Assembly: GCA_040776965.1 (NCBI GenBank)
Contig: JAXGZO010000001.1
Location: 593,419 to 657,418, forward strand
Length of the DNA: 64,000 nucleotides
Direction: 5' to 3'
Source of the DNA: Thermoleophilia bacterium
GTDB taxonomy: Bacteria; Actinomycetota; Thermoleophilia; UBA2241
How positions within the stretch are numbered: position 1 is the stretch's first letter; the number at the start of each line of letters is the position of its first letter. The notes under the pieces were generated by a model. It was not told the DNA's origin and searched no databases. It saw nothing but the letters and a program-made list of their open reading frames with translations. Positions 29,012 through 41,929 of the stretch are shown one piece after another. The position numbers and the translations under genes were made by a program.

Positions 29012-29365
29012 GTGCCTATCTACGAGTATCACTGCGATGCGTGCGGCACCTCGGTAGAGATCTTTCAGAAGATGAGCGACGAGCCGTTGCGCACCTGCGA
29101 CTGCGGCGGCGAGCTGCGAAAGGTCCTGCACCCCATCGCCATCCACTTTAAGGGCTCGGGGTTCTACAGCACTGATTACGGCAAGGGCTCCGGTCGCTCC
29201 TCCCAGCAGTCTGGCGCGGCCTCGTCCTCCGCCTCCGCTGGCTCCTCGAAGCCCTCCTCGGAGCCCAGCTCCTCCACCGCTTCGGAGGGCGGCTCCTCCT
29301 CGAGCACCACCACCTCCACCGCGCCGCCGGCCGAGAAGAGCTCCGCCGCCACGAAGGGCTCGTAG
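29012..29365 (+). CDS. FmdB-family zinc-ribbon protein with Ser/Thr-rich C-terminal tail
   Basis: GTG at 29012 is 7 nt after AGGAG. Starts VPIYEYHCDACG, with a second CxxC (CDCGG). Confidence 0.7.
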   Translation: MPIYEYHCDACGTSVEIFQKMSDEPLRTCDCGGELRKVLHPIAIHFKGSGFYSTDYGKGSGRSSQQSGAASSSASAGSSKPSSEPSSSTASEGGSSSSTTTSTAPPAEKSSAATKGS

Positions 29366-29385
29366 CGGTCGAAGGCGGTGCGGCG

Positions 29386-30166
29386 TTGCGTATCCTCCTC
29401 ACCAACGACGACGGCCTCCAGGCGCCCGGCATCGCCGCGCTCTTCGACGCATTGGAGGGCCTCGGCGAGCTCACCGTTATCGCGCCGGACCACAACGCGA
29501 GCGGCGTGGGGCGCGCCATTACCGTCACTCGCCCCCTCCGCGTGAGCGCCGAGCGCTTCGGCGCCGGTCGGCTGGGCGTCGTCTGCGACGGCACCCCGTG
29601 CGACTGCGTCCGCGTGGCGATGCTCGGCGCCCTGGGGCCGCCCCCAGACCTCGTCGTCTCCGGGGTCAACGCCGGCCCAAATATGGGCACCGACGTTACG
29701 TACTCGGGCACCGTAGGCGCCGCCCTCGAGGCGGCCCTCTGGGGGCGTCCGGCCGTCGCCTTCTCGGTGGCCTCGCGCGAGCCGCGCGAGCTCGCCTCGT
29801 CCGCCGGTCTCCTCCGCTCGCTTGTGGAGCGGGTCGCCGAGCGCGGGCTCCCCTCCCGCACCATCCTCAACGTTAACCTCCCCGACCTCCCCCTCCGTGA
29901 GATCGCCGGGGTCCGGCTCGCCCGGCTCGGCGGATCGAGTTGCTGGGACGGCCTCTCGCTTATCGACGGCGTTAACGGCAAGGAGGGGGCGGAGCCGCGG
30001 GAGTACCTCGCCCCCTGCGGTTGTCTCGCGGTGGAGCGACCGGAGCTCACCGATTTTGGAGTGGTCAGCGGCGGGTTCGTAGCCGTCACGCCGCTCTCTA
30101 TCGATCCGTTCGCCGCCGAGTTCTTCGAGGAGCTCCCGGACTGGGGGCTCAGTTTGGAGCATCTCC

Positions 30167-30174
<8 letters not shown>
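29386..30174 (+). CDS. surE: 5'/3'-nucleotidase SurE
   Basis: ILLTNDDG and IAPDHNxSG motifs. TTG start. Confidence 0.9.
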
Positions 30175-32958
<2,784 letters not shown>

Positions 32959-33055
32959 GCGGCCGGCCGGAGGCGCTCGGCTCATCGGTCGCTTTAAGCG
33001 CCGGGGTTCTCCTCGCCGCCCGAAGCCGGTACACTAAGCACCGCGCTTTTTACGG

Positions 33056-33131
33056 GCCGACGTAGCTCAGCTGGCAGAGCAACCGCCTTGTAAGCGGTAG
33101 GTCGGCGGTTCGATCCCGCCCGTCGGCTCCA
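33056..33131 (+). tRNA. tRNA-Thr (anticodon TGT)
   Basis: Cloverleaf with acceptor gccgacg/cgtcggc, anticodon loop cuUGUaa, T-loop GGTTCGATCC and 3' CCA. Confidence 0.9.
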
Positions 33132-33259
33132 TCCTTCGCTCCGTGTTGGAGTTGTGCTCGCGTTGCGTGGTGCCCGCGCTTGCACTCGAGCCCCAAAACG
33201 GCGATGCTTAGGAGACGATGTTACACCGCGCGGCTCTCCGTTATCGCCGCCGAGAAAGG

Positions 33260-33568
33260 ATGAGAATGCCCGCTCCCAAGAGAAGGCCCCGCACCGACAA
33301 GAAGAGGGGCCGGCCTTTTGATTCATCGCGCCGTCGTTTTTGCCAGTTCTGCAAAGACAAGGTCGACGAGGTCGATTACAAAGATACCACCACGCTTCGT
33401 CGCTTCACGAGCGACCGCGGCAAAATTAAGTCACCTCGCGTCACCGGCACGTGCCGCCGTCATCAGCGTCAGGTCTCCCACGCCATTAAGCGCGCTCGCG
33501 AGATGGCGCTGCTGCCGTACGTGGCTGCGGGCAAGACGGTCGGTGAGGGTCGCCGCCGCTCGCGCTAA
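33260..33568 (+). CDS. rpsR: 30S ribosomal protein S18 (possibly starting at the second ATG, 33266)
   Basis: Conserved S18 core ([13 protein letters not shown]...LRRFxSxRGKIxxxRxTGxCxxHQRQVxxAIKRARxMALLPY). RBS AAAGGA is upstream. Confidence 0.88.
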   Translation: MRMPAPKRRPRTDKKRGRPFDSSRRRFCQFCKDKVDEVDYKDTTTLRRFTSDRGKIKSPRVTGTCRRHQRQVSHAIKRAREMALLPYVAAGKTVGEGRRRSR

Positions 33569-33669
33569 CGGCTCCATTCTCTCCGCTCTTCGCGTTGTGC
33601 GAAGCCCGCGGCGGCGCCCTTAAAAGAGGGCGCTACCGCGGGCTTCTCGTCGTTCCCGCATCTTTTTTC

Positions 33670-34383
33670 TCAGTCTCTGTGTGGCCTCTCGCCCGCGTGT
33701 GTCTCCCCCTGTGTGATGCGCCAGATCGCCTCGTCGAAGGGGGCCTTGCGGCTAGGGCAGTTCGCGCGGTGGCACACCTGGCAGCTCGTGAACTCGATCT
33801 CGCCGTGAAAGGCGATCCCCGAGCAGGAGACGGTGGGCACCATGAGCAGCGAGGTGGTGAGCCAGACGCCGATGGACTCCCGCACGTCGCCGAGGAGAGA
33901 GAAGAGGTCCCGCTGCTGGGCCAGCGGCCACATGGTGGCGTCGCCCGACCCGGGCTCGATAACCGAGAGCGAGGGGAGCCTGTAAGTGGCGCGTAGGTGG
34001 TCGAGGAGGTGCGCTACGGCCGCCTTGAGGAGCTCTTGCTTTATGGCCCAGAGCCAGTGCTCCTCGAGCGCGTCGCCCGAGGGAGAGGCGAGGGCGTCGG
34101 CCTCGGTGCCGCAGGTGGCGACGTGGGGGAAGACGCGCTCGATGGCGTCGAGGTTGGTGCGCAGCGAGCGGCTCCTGAAGCGCACGCCGTTGAGCACGAC
34201 CGTGTCCTCGCCCTTCTCCTCCACCACGGCGACGTCGTAGACAGCCTTGGGTCGCCCGACCTCTTGCACCTTCGCGGCGAGCTCCTGAAACGTCTTCGCA
34301 CTATTAGTGCCCGGAGTGATGTGTTGCTCCTCCAGGAGCCTCTCGATGTCGAGGGTAAACGGGATGTTGAGCAGGGTGGTCAC
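33670..34383 (-). CDS. Hypothetical protein, possibly a MetH activation-domain-like (B12-related) fold; C-terminal Cys-rich segment
   Basis: Clean 237-aa ORF with RBS. No confident motif assignment could be made by eye. Confidence 0.45.
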   Translation of the reverse strand: MTTLLNIPFTLDIERLLEEQHITPGTNSAKTFQELAAKVQEVGRPKAVYDVAVVEEKGEDTVVLNGVRFRSRSLRTNLDAIERVFPHVATCGTEADALASPSGDALEEHWLWAIKQELLKAAVAHLLDHLRATYRLPSLSVIEPGSGDATMWPLAQQRDLFSLLGDVRESIGVWLTTSLLMVPTVSCSGIAFHGEIEFTSCQVCHRANCPSRKAPFDEAIWRITQGETHAGERPHRD

Positions 34384-34449
34384 GGGTGCCTCCTCGCGGG
34401 GAAGAGCTGGTGGTCGTGAGCGTGGGGATGGCGTCTACTGAGAAGTGAG

Positions 34450-34525
34450 TGGAGCCGACGCGCGGAATCGAACCGCGGACCCCATCATTACGAGTGATGT
34501 GCTCTGCCAGCTGAGCTACGTCGGC
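34450..34525 (-). tRNA. tRNA-Thr (anticodon CGT)
   Basis: The reverse complement gives gccgacgtagctcagctggcagagca...cuCGUaa...ggttcgattcc...CCA. Confidence 0.88.
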
Positions 34526-34532
34526 TTAAAGA

Positions 34533-34608
34533 TGGAGCCCGGTCGCGGATTCGAACCGCGGACCCCCTCCTTACCATGGAGGTGCTCTGCCTGCTGAGCT
34601 AACCGGGC
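34533..34608 (-). tRNA. tRNA-Thr (anticodon GGT)
   Basis: The reverse complement gives gcccggttagctcag...anticodon loop auGGUaa...ggttcgaatcc...CCA. Confidence 0.88.
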
Positions 34609-34612
34609 ACTC

Positions 34613-34697
34613 TGGTGGGGGAGCTAGGATTCGAACCTAGGTAGGCTGCGCCAACGGATTTACAGTCCGCCCCCTTTAGCCACTCGGGCACTCCCCC
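34613..34697 (-). tRNA. tRNA-Tyr (anticodon GTA), long variable arm
   Basis: The reverse complement gives gggggagtgcccgagtggctaaaggg...cuGUAaa...long variable arm...ggttcgaatcc...CCA (85 nt). Confidence 0.88.
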
Positions 34698-34824
34698 GGA
34701 GCGAGGCAAGATGCTAAAGCAAAGCGGACGTGTTTTCAACCGCCCTCACGCGAGCCTTTTCGAGCGGGTCCCCCGGCTGCGATTTGAGCGAGCGGAAGCT
34801 GTGTGGTACCTTATGCCTCCGAGT

Positions 34825-34901
34825 GGCGGCGTAGCTCAGCTGGTTAGAGCAGCGGAATCATAATCCGCGTGTCCGGGGTTCGAGTCCCTGCGCCGCTACC
34901 A
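34825..34901 (+). tRNA. tRNA with CAT anticodon (elongator Met or Ile2/lysidine type; not initiator-like)
   Basis: ggcggcgtagctcagctggttagagca...auCAUaa...ggttcgagtcc...CCA. It lacks the three consecutive G-C pairs in the anticodon stem that mark initiator tRNAs. Confidence 0.85.
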
Positions 34902-34939
34902 TTTCTCTTTAACGTCCTGAAGAGAGCCGAGGTGCGGAT

Positions 34940-36214
34940 GTGGCGAGCTGCATGAAGCTTTCAGGAACCTTCACTCCCCCCGGCGACAAATCCATCTCCC
35001 ACCGCGTGGGGCTCTTCTCGCTCTTGGCCTCTGGGCGGTGCGCTGTGCAGAACTACTCGCCCTGCGCCGACTGCGCCTCCACGCTGGAGGCGGTGAGGTG
35101 CCTGGGTGGGGTGGTCGAGGGCGACGCTCGCGAGCTCCTGCTCCACGGGGTGCGGGGTCGGCTCGGCTCCGCAGAGCCGACCGGCGTGGTCGACTGCGGC
35201 AACTCCGGCACCACCTTGCGGCTCCTCATGGGCTTGCTGGCCGGCCGGCCCGGGCGCTTTGTGCTCACCGGCGACGCCTCGTTGCGCCGTCGCCCCATGG
35301 AGCGGGTGGCTGAGCCTCTGCGGCGGATGGGGGCCGGCGTGGCCTGCAGCGGGGGCACGCCCCCGGTGGAGGTCGCCGGCGGTGCGCTCACGGGCATCAC
35401 CTACGAGCTGCCCGTGGCCAGCGCCCAGCTCAAGAGCGCTTTGCTCCTCGCCGGCTTGCAGGCCTCCGGCGAGACGGTGGTGCGCGAGCCGGCGCTCAGC
35501 CGCGACCACACCGAGAGGTTGCTGAGCGCCCTCGGCGCCGACATCGCACCCGTTGAGGGCGCTTGGCGGGTGCGGGCCTCCTGCCTCACCCTCCCCGAGC
35601 GACTACGTGTGCCCGGCGACGCCTCCTCGGCGGCCTTCTTCCTCTGCGCCGCGGCCATCATGCCCGGCAGCGACGTCACCGCCGAGGGCGTGCTCCTCAA
35701 CCCCACGCGAGTTGGCTTTTTGGAGGTGCTGAGGCGCATGGGCGCTCGGGTCGAGGTGCAGCTACAGGGCGAGGAGCCCGAGCCGTGGGGTCGGGTGCGG
35801 GTAGTGCACGGCCCGGCGCTTCGGGGCTGCGCCGTGGAGGCCCGGGAGATCCCCCTCTTGGTGGACGAGGTGCCTATCCTCGCGCTGGTGGCCAGCCAGG
35901 CTCACGGCACCACGGTCTTTAGGGACGCCGGTGAGCTACGCATTAAAGAGACTGACCGCCTCGCCGCCGTGGCTGAGCAGTTGGGCGCCATGGGCGCGCA
36001 CATCCGCGTGCTCGGCGACGACCTCGTCGTTCAGGGCCCCACGCCCCTGCGCGCCGCCGTCGGGCTAGACTCCCTCGGCGACCACCGCATCGCCATGACG
36101 CTGCGCCTCGCGCTCTGTTTGGCGGGGTCCGAGGGGACGATCGCCGACGAGGACTGCGCGGCCGTCTCCTACCCGAGCTTCTCGCATCACCTGGCGGCAC
36201 TGCTCCGTGGATAA
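34940..36214 (+). CDS. aroA: 3-phosphoshikimate 1-carboxyvinyltransferase (EPSP synthase)
   Basis: PGDKSISHR, a GNSGTTxRLL-like region and the C-terminal LGDHRIAM motif. GTG at 34940 is 5 nt after GAGGTG. Confidence 0.95.
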   Translation: MASCMKLSGTFTPPGDKSISHRVGLFSLLASGRCAVQNYSPCADCASTLEAVRCLGGVVEGDARELLLHGVRGRLGSAEPTGVVDCGNSGTTLRLLMGLLAGRPGRFVLTGDASLRRRPMERVAEPLRRMGAGVACSGGTPPVEVAGGALTGITYELPVASAQLKSALLLAGLQASGETVVREPALSRDHTERLLSALGADIAPVEGAWRVRASCLTLPERLRVPGDASSAAFFLCAAAIMPGSDVTAEGVLLNPTRVGFLEVLRRMGARVEVQLQGEEPEPWGRVRVVHGPALRGCAVEAREIPLLVDEVPILALVASQAHGTTVFRDAGELRIKETDRLAAVAEQLGAMGAHIRVLGDDLVVQGPTPLRAAVGLDSLGDHRIAMTLRLALCLAGSEGTIADEDCAAVSYPSFSHHLAALLRG

Positions 36215-36776
36215 CCTCTACCTGACCGGCTTTATGGGGGCGGGCAAGTCCACGATCGGGGTCGAGCTCGCTCGAGCGCTCGGGCGGCGTTTCGTCGACC
36301 TCGACGAGCTCGTCGCCCGCCGCCTGGGCATGCCTATACCCCAGGCGTTCGCCCGTCTGGGCGAGGCGGCCTTTCGCTCCGCCGAGACGGCGGAGCTCGC
36401 GCGCGTAGCGGGGTGCGACCGCCTTGTAGTGGCGGTGGGCGGTGGGGTGCCGGAGAGCGCCGCCAACCGCCAGCTGATGCGCGCCAGCGGGCGTGTGCTG
36501 TACCTCGACGTGAGCCTGGCGGCCTGCCGGGCACGCCTGGGACCTGCCGAGACGGCCTCTCGTCCGCTCTGGGCCGACGAGGCGGAGCTGAGTGCGCTGT
36601 ACGCTCGGCGTCGCCCGCTCTACGCCCGCTGCGATCTCAGCGTGCTCACGGACGGCCTCAGCCCTCGGGAGGTGGTGGCGGCACTCTGCGCCGAGCTCAT
36701 GCCTGAGGAGGGCTTAGGGCGTGCTTCGATCAATCGGACCATCGTTCGCGCTCAAGTGCGCGAGGGGGGAGGGTGA
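36207..36776 (+). CDS. aroK: Shikimate kinase
   Basis: P-loop GFMGAGKST near the N-terminus. GTG start overlaps the aroA stop. Confidence 0.9.
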   Translation: MDNLYLTGFMGAGKSTIGVELARALGRRFVDLDELVARRLGMPIPQAFARLGEAAFRSAETAELARVAGCDRLVVAVGGGVPESAANRQLMRASGRVLYLDVSLAACRARLGPAETASRPLWADEAELSALYARRRPLYARCDLSVLTDGLSPREVVAALCAELMPEEGLGRASINRTIVRAQVREGGG

Positions 36777-36777
36777 G

Positions 36778-37863
36778 ATGAGCGGGGTTTCGGGGAGCCT
36801 CACGGGCGAGCTGCTAAAAGTCATGACCTTCGGCGAGTCTCACGGCTCCGCCGTGGGTGCGGTGGTCGACGGCGTGCCGGCCGGATTGGTGCTGACTGCG
36901 GAGATGATTCAGCGCGACCTCGACCGTCGCCGGCCCGGACGATCCCCCTTTACCTCGCCCCGTCGTGAGGACGATCACGTGGAGCTGCTCTCCGGGGTGG
37001 CTAAGGGGCGTACGCTGGGCTCGCCTATCGCGTTGCTCGTGCGCAATCGCGACGCCCGCTCCACCGACTACGGCCCCCTCGCCGAGGTGTTTCGCCCCGG
37101 GCATGCCGACCTCACGTATCACGCCAAGTACGGTCTGCCGCCTCAGCCCGGCGGCGGCCGGTCCTCAGGCCGAGAGACGGTGGGCCGGGTGGCGGCCGGC
37201 GCGGTGGCGCGAGCCCTTCTCGCCCCGCTGGGCGTGACCCTAAGCGCCTGCACGGTCGGCGTGGGGGAGGTGAGGGCCGCAGAGGGCCAGCGCGACCTCG
37301 CGTTCGCCGAGACCGATCCGCTGCGGTGCCCCGACCCCGCGGTCGCGGGCGCTATGGCGGATGCGGTCCGCGCCGCCCAAGCCGCCGGCGATAGCGTGGG
37401 CGGGGTGGTGGAGGTCGTGGCGAGGGGCGTGCCCGCCGGTTTGGGCGAGCCTGTCTTCGCCAAGCTCGACGCCCTTTTGGCCGGCGCCATGATGTCGATC
37501 GGCGGGGTCAAGGCGGTGGAGGTCGGCGCGGGGCTCGCCGTGGCCTCCCGCAGGGGGAGCGCCAACAACGACCAGATGGACGCCGGCGGCTTCGCGAGCA
37601 ACAACGCCGGCGGCATTCTGGGCGGCATCGCCAGCGGCCAGGAGATCGTACTGCGCCTGGCGGTGAAGCCCACCCCCTCCATCGCTGCCCCTCAGAGCTC
37701 CAGGGATCTGAACGGCGAGCAGCAGACCCTGCGGACCCTCGGCCGCCACGATCCCTGCCTCTGCCCTCGGGTCTGCCCGGTGGCCGAGGCCATGGCCGCC
37801 CTCGTGCTGGCCGACGCGTGGCTCCTCTTCCGCGCTAGGTGGGGGGTCGCAGCGCCGTCTTGA
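36778..37863 (+). CDS. aroC: Chorismate synthase
   Basis: ATG at 36778 follows GAGGGGGGAGGG. Contains TFGESHG, GRSSGRETxxRVAAGA and a GGxSNNDQ-like motif (GSANNDQM). The upstream part of the ORF-track extension is rejected. Confidence 0.95.
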   Translation: MSGVSGSLTGELLKVMTFGESHGSAVGAVVDGVPAGLVLTAEMIQRDLDRRRPGRSPFTSPRREDDHVELLSGVAKGRTLGSPIALLVRNRDARSTDYGPLAEVFRPGHADLTYHAKYGLPPQPGGGRSSGRETVGRVAAGAVARALLAPLGVTLSACTVGVGEVRAAEGQRDLAFAETDPLRCPDPAVAGAMADAVRAAQAAGDSVGGVVEVVARGVPAGLGEPVFAKLDALLAGAMMSIGGVKAVEVGAGLAVASRRGSANNDQMDAGGFASNNAGGILGGIASGQEIVLRLAVKPTPSIAAPQSSRDLNGEQQTLRTLGRHDPCLCPRVCPVAEAMAALVLADAWLLFRARWGVAAPS

Positions 37864-37920
37864 CAAAGGTCCTCTCGGGGTGTTCTACTGAAAAACAGTC
37901 GAAGAAGGGCTATCACTCAC

Positions 37921-38046
37921 ATGACGGGCAGAGCAAAAGTAAGAGCGGGCGCTGAGGGGGTCACCTTCCCCACGGCGACCGCTTTTTTCTTTAGCTACTA
38001 TTATTTTACGAGCATCTGCCCGTCGGCGGAGGAGGTCCTGAGCTAG
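37921..38046 (+). CDS. Candidate 41-aa leader peptide MTGRAKVRAGAEGVTFPTATAFFFSYYYFTSICPSAEEVLS, with a control region of 4 Phe and 3 Tyr codons among 8
   Basis: Translated directly: ATG at 37921 and TAG at 38044-46. The run TTT TTC TTT AGC TAC TAT TAT TTT uses AT-rich codons in a GC-rich genome. It lies between aroC and the DAHP synthase gene. Confidence 0.55.
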   Translation: MTGRAKVRAGAEGVTFPTATAFFFSYYYFTSICPSAEEVLS

Positions 38047-38076
38047 CCTAACGAAGCTTAAGCAGACCGACACCGA

Positions 38077-38116
38077 GGCCATGGGCAGACCGTAGAGTCG
38101 CCCGTGGCCTTTTTTG
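38077..38116 (+). terminator. Intrinsic terminator/attenuator: 10-bp stem GGCCAUGGGC...GCCCGUGGCC followed by UUUUUUG
   Basis: Inverted repeat at 38077-86 and 38100-09 plus a T6 run (38110-15). It sits 60 nt upstream of the DAHP synthase ATG and 31 nt downstream of the leader-peptide stop. Confidence 0.6.
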
Positions 38117-38178
38117 TTGTCTCGGTACGGAACCCTTGACCGGTATGCGCCGGTCGGCCCCCGAGGGAGGAGAGAGAG

Positions 38179-39086
<908 letters not shown>

Positions 39087-39090
<4 letters not shown>

Positions 39091-40232
39091 AGGGGGCGCT
39101 CAAGGGGGTCCCGGAGGCGCCCGTTCAGCGGATCGCCGAGCACCGCCGGTGTATCGACGCCGTGGATCGAGAGATCCTCGACCTGCTCAACCGGCGCGCT
39201 GGCTACGCGCTGGCTATCGCTCGCGCCAAGGGTGCGGGCAGGATCGCTGAGTTCGCGCCCGACCGCGAGAGCACCCTGCTGCGCGACCTCGTGGAGGCCA
39301 ATAACGGGCCGTTTCCCGACGCGGCGCTGCGGGCGATCTTCACCGAGGTGATCAGCGCCTGCAGGGCGTTGCAGCGGCCGCTGAGCGTTGCCTTCTTGGG
39401 GCCGGAGGCGACCTTTAGCCATCAGGCGGTGCTGCAGCAGTTCGGCAGCTCGTGCGATCTGGCACCGCAGGCCACGATCGCCGACGTTTTCGATGAGGTG
39501 GAGCGCGGGCGCTCCCAGGTCGGCGTGGTGCCGGTGGAGAACTCCAGCGAAGGGGGCGTTAACGCCACCCTCGATCGACTCCTGGTGAGCGACCTCGAGG
39601 TCTGTGGGGAGATCTACTCGAGGGTGCATCAGGCCCTCATGAGCGCTTCCGGCGGTTTAGCGGCCGTCCAGCGCGTGTACTCCCACCCTCAGGCGCTGAG
39701 TCAGTGCCGGGAGTGGCTGCAGCGCAACCTGCCCGAGGCCGTGCTCTTGGAGACGACCAGTACGGCCGCAGCCGCTCGCCGCGCCGGCGAGGAGCCGGGT
39801 TCGGCCGCCATCGCCGGTGAGCTCACCGCGGAGCGCTACGGGCTGACCGTGCTGGCCGCTGGTATTCAAGACAACCCGCACAACACCACGCGCTTCTTCG
39901 TGCTCCGCCGCGAGGAGTGCCCGCCGACGGGGGTCGACAAAACCTCTCTCCTCTTCGTCGCCTCGCATCGGCCGGGATCGCTCTACGACGCCCTGGGCCA
40001 CCTCTCGGCGCGCGGGTTAAACCTCACGCGCATTGAGTCGCGGCCCAGCAAGGATCGGCCGTGGCAATACACCTTCTTCGTGGATCTGGAGGGCCACAGG
40101 GACGATGAGCCGGTGGCCGACGCTCTGGCTGATCTGGCCCCCTGTGTCGACAGTCTGAAGGTCCTGGGGTCTTACCCGCAGGGCTTCGTGGAGCGGGCCT
40201 CCCGAGTGGATCCTCAGGGGGAGTGCGGGTGA
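39087..40232 (+). CDS. pheA: Bifunctional chorismate mutase / prephenate dehydratase (P-protein) with C-terminal ACT domain
   Basis: CM helix region ([16 protein letters not shown]), PDT region ([18 protein letters not shown]) and an ACT domain. GTG overlaps the DAHP synthase stop. Confidence 0.92.
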
Positions 40233-41062
40233 GTCAGACGGTCGAGAGCGGCGTGGTGGTGGGCCTGATCGGCGGGCGAGGCAGCATGGGGCGCTGGTTG
40301 GAGCAGCGGCTGGTGCACGCCGGCTGCCGGGTGCTCGTCGCCGACGTCTGCGAGGGCCCCGTAAAGCCGGAGTTCGTGGCCGACTGCCAGATCATCGTTG
40401 TAGCTGTACCCATCAGCGCCGTGGAGGAGGTGATGGCCGAGATTGGCCCATACACCCGCCCCGACGGTCTCGTTATGGACATCGCCTCGCTTAAAGAGGC
40501 TCCCCTCGCGGCTATGCTCAAGCACGCCCGCGGCGAGGTGGTGGGGTGCCACCCCCTGTGCGGGCCGACGGTCGACCAACTCGAGGACCAGATCGTGTTT
40601 CTCTGCGAGGGGCGAGGCGAGCGTTGGCGGGGGTGGGTGGAGCGGTTTTGGGAGAGTCAGGGGGCGAGGGTGGTGGAGATCGCCCCCGAGCGTCACGATC
40701 GGCTTATGGCCGTGGTGCAGAGCCTGCGCCACCTTCTGCTGTACGGCTTGGGCGATGGCTTACGCCAGCTGGGGTTCGACCTCAACGACCTGGAGCTGGC
40801 CGGTCCGCGGTTTCGCTCGCTGATGGAGTTGCTCCAGCGGCAAGTCGAGCAGCCTCCCTCGCTCTACGCCGAGCTCGCCCTCGGGAACCCGCACGTTGCG
40901 CAGGCGCTTGAGGCGCTCACCCTCGGTTTTGAGGACGTAAAGTCGACCCTGGCACGGCGTGACCGCCGGGGGCTAGAGGAGACGATGGCACGCGTTGAAG
41001 GCTGGAGCCGAGCTCTGGTTGAGCCCGAGGCGCCTAGGCCAAGAAGCGCATCCAGCGGATAA
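40229..41062 (+). CDS. tyrA: Prephenate/arogenate dehydrogenase
   Basis: Rossmann GLIGGRGSMG and a prephenate dehydrogenase core. GTG at 40229 is 7 nt after GGGGAG. Confidence 0.88.
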   Translation: MSQTVESGVVVGLIGGRGSMGRWLEQRLVHAGCRVLVADVCEGPVKPEFVADCQIIVVAVPISAVEEVMAEIGPYTRPDGLVMDIASLKEAPLAAMLKHARGEVVGCHPLCGPTVDQLEDQIVFLCEGRGERWRGWVERFWESQGARVVEIAPERHDRLMAVVQSLRHLLLYGLGDGLRQLGFDLNDLELAGPRFRSLMELLQRQVEQPPSLYAELALGNPHVAQALEALTLGFEDVKSTLARRDRRGLEETMARVEGWSRALVEPEAPRPRSASSG

Positions 41063-41255
41063 GGCCGAAGTACCAGGCGACGACGCCGAGGATCACGACC
41101 CAATACGATTTGGTGATGGCGATCAGCATGATCGTGATGCCGATCATGGCGAACGTCCACCACCTCCGCGCCTTGAGTTGATCGGCGTTGAGGCTCTCTT
41201 TACCGGAGAACGGCCCCTTCGATCCCTTTGGTGACTCTGTAGATTCTTCTGTCAT
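41034..41255 (-). CDS. Small (73-aa) two-TM membrane protein, convergent with and overlapping the tyrA 3' end
   Basis: Only the last 73 codons (MTEESTESPKGS...WMRFLA) of the long 41034-41885 ORF are plausible. The upstream part of that ORF reads through a tRNA gene. Confidence 0.35.
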   Translation of the reverse strand: MTEESTESPKGSKGPFSGKESLNADQLKARRWWTFAMIGITIMLIAITKSYWVVILGVVAWYFGLIRWMRFLA

Positions 41256-41324
41256 GGGGGGCAGTGTACACGAGATTCGCGGTGGGTGCTGAGTGGTGTG
41301 GCGCGAGGGCGGTAGAATACGGGT

Positions 41325-41798
41325 GTGGACACTACCGGGACCTTCATCGGCGTCGTGAGCGACACGCACGGCCTCTACGACGAGCAGTTCGACGAGCTCC
41401 TCGCCGGCGCGGCTCACATCATCCACGCCGGCGACATCAACGACCCAACCACGCTCGTGCGCCTGCGGCGCCTCGCCCCGCTCACCGCGGTCGCCGGCAA
41501 CACCGATCTGCACGACCCTCGCTTCGATCTGCCGTGGGAGGCGCAGCTGGAGGTCGCGGGCCTGCGCGTGCTCGTCTGCCATATCCTGGAGAGCCTCATG
41601 CGGCATCACGACCCGGTCGCCGAGGGCTTCGACCTCGTGATCACCGGCCACACCCATCGGCCTCGAATCGAGTGGCGCGGCGAGACGCTCTTCGTGAACC
41701 CCGGCTCGGCGAAGAGCCCGCGGGGAGGCCGGGAGCGCACCTTGGCCATCGTCGACGTCGTGGGGGGTCGGCCGCAGCCGCGCATTGTGGTGCTGTGA
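41325..41798 (+). CDS. YfcE/MJ0936-family metallophosphoesterase
   Basis: Carries the GVVSDTHG, AGDIND and GHTH motifs. Confidence 0.8.
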   Translation: MDTTGTFIGVVSDTHGLYDEQFDELLAGAAHIIHAGDINDPTTLVRLRRLAPLTAVAGNTDLHDPRFDLPWEAQLEVAGLRVLVCHILESLMRHHDPVAEGFDLVITGHTHRPRIEWRGETLFVNPGSAKSPRGGRERTLAIVDVVGGRPQPRIVVL

Positions 41799-41815
41799 GG
41801 TGGGGGAGAAGAACT

Positions 41816-41892
<77 letters not shown>

Positions 41893-41929
41893 CGCGGAGA
41901 GGGATTTTACCCGAACGGCGCCGGATTCG

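Noticed and set aside
37864-38178. T-box riboswitch or TRAP-type control of the aro genes
   Set aside because: No T-box sequence (AATTAGGGTGGTACCGCG-like) or GAG/TAG triplet repeats are present. The leader peptide plus terminator explains the structure better.
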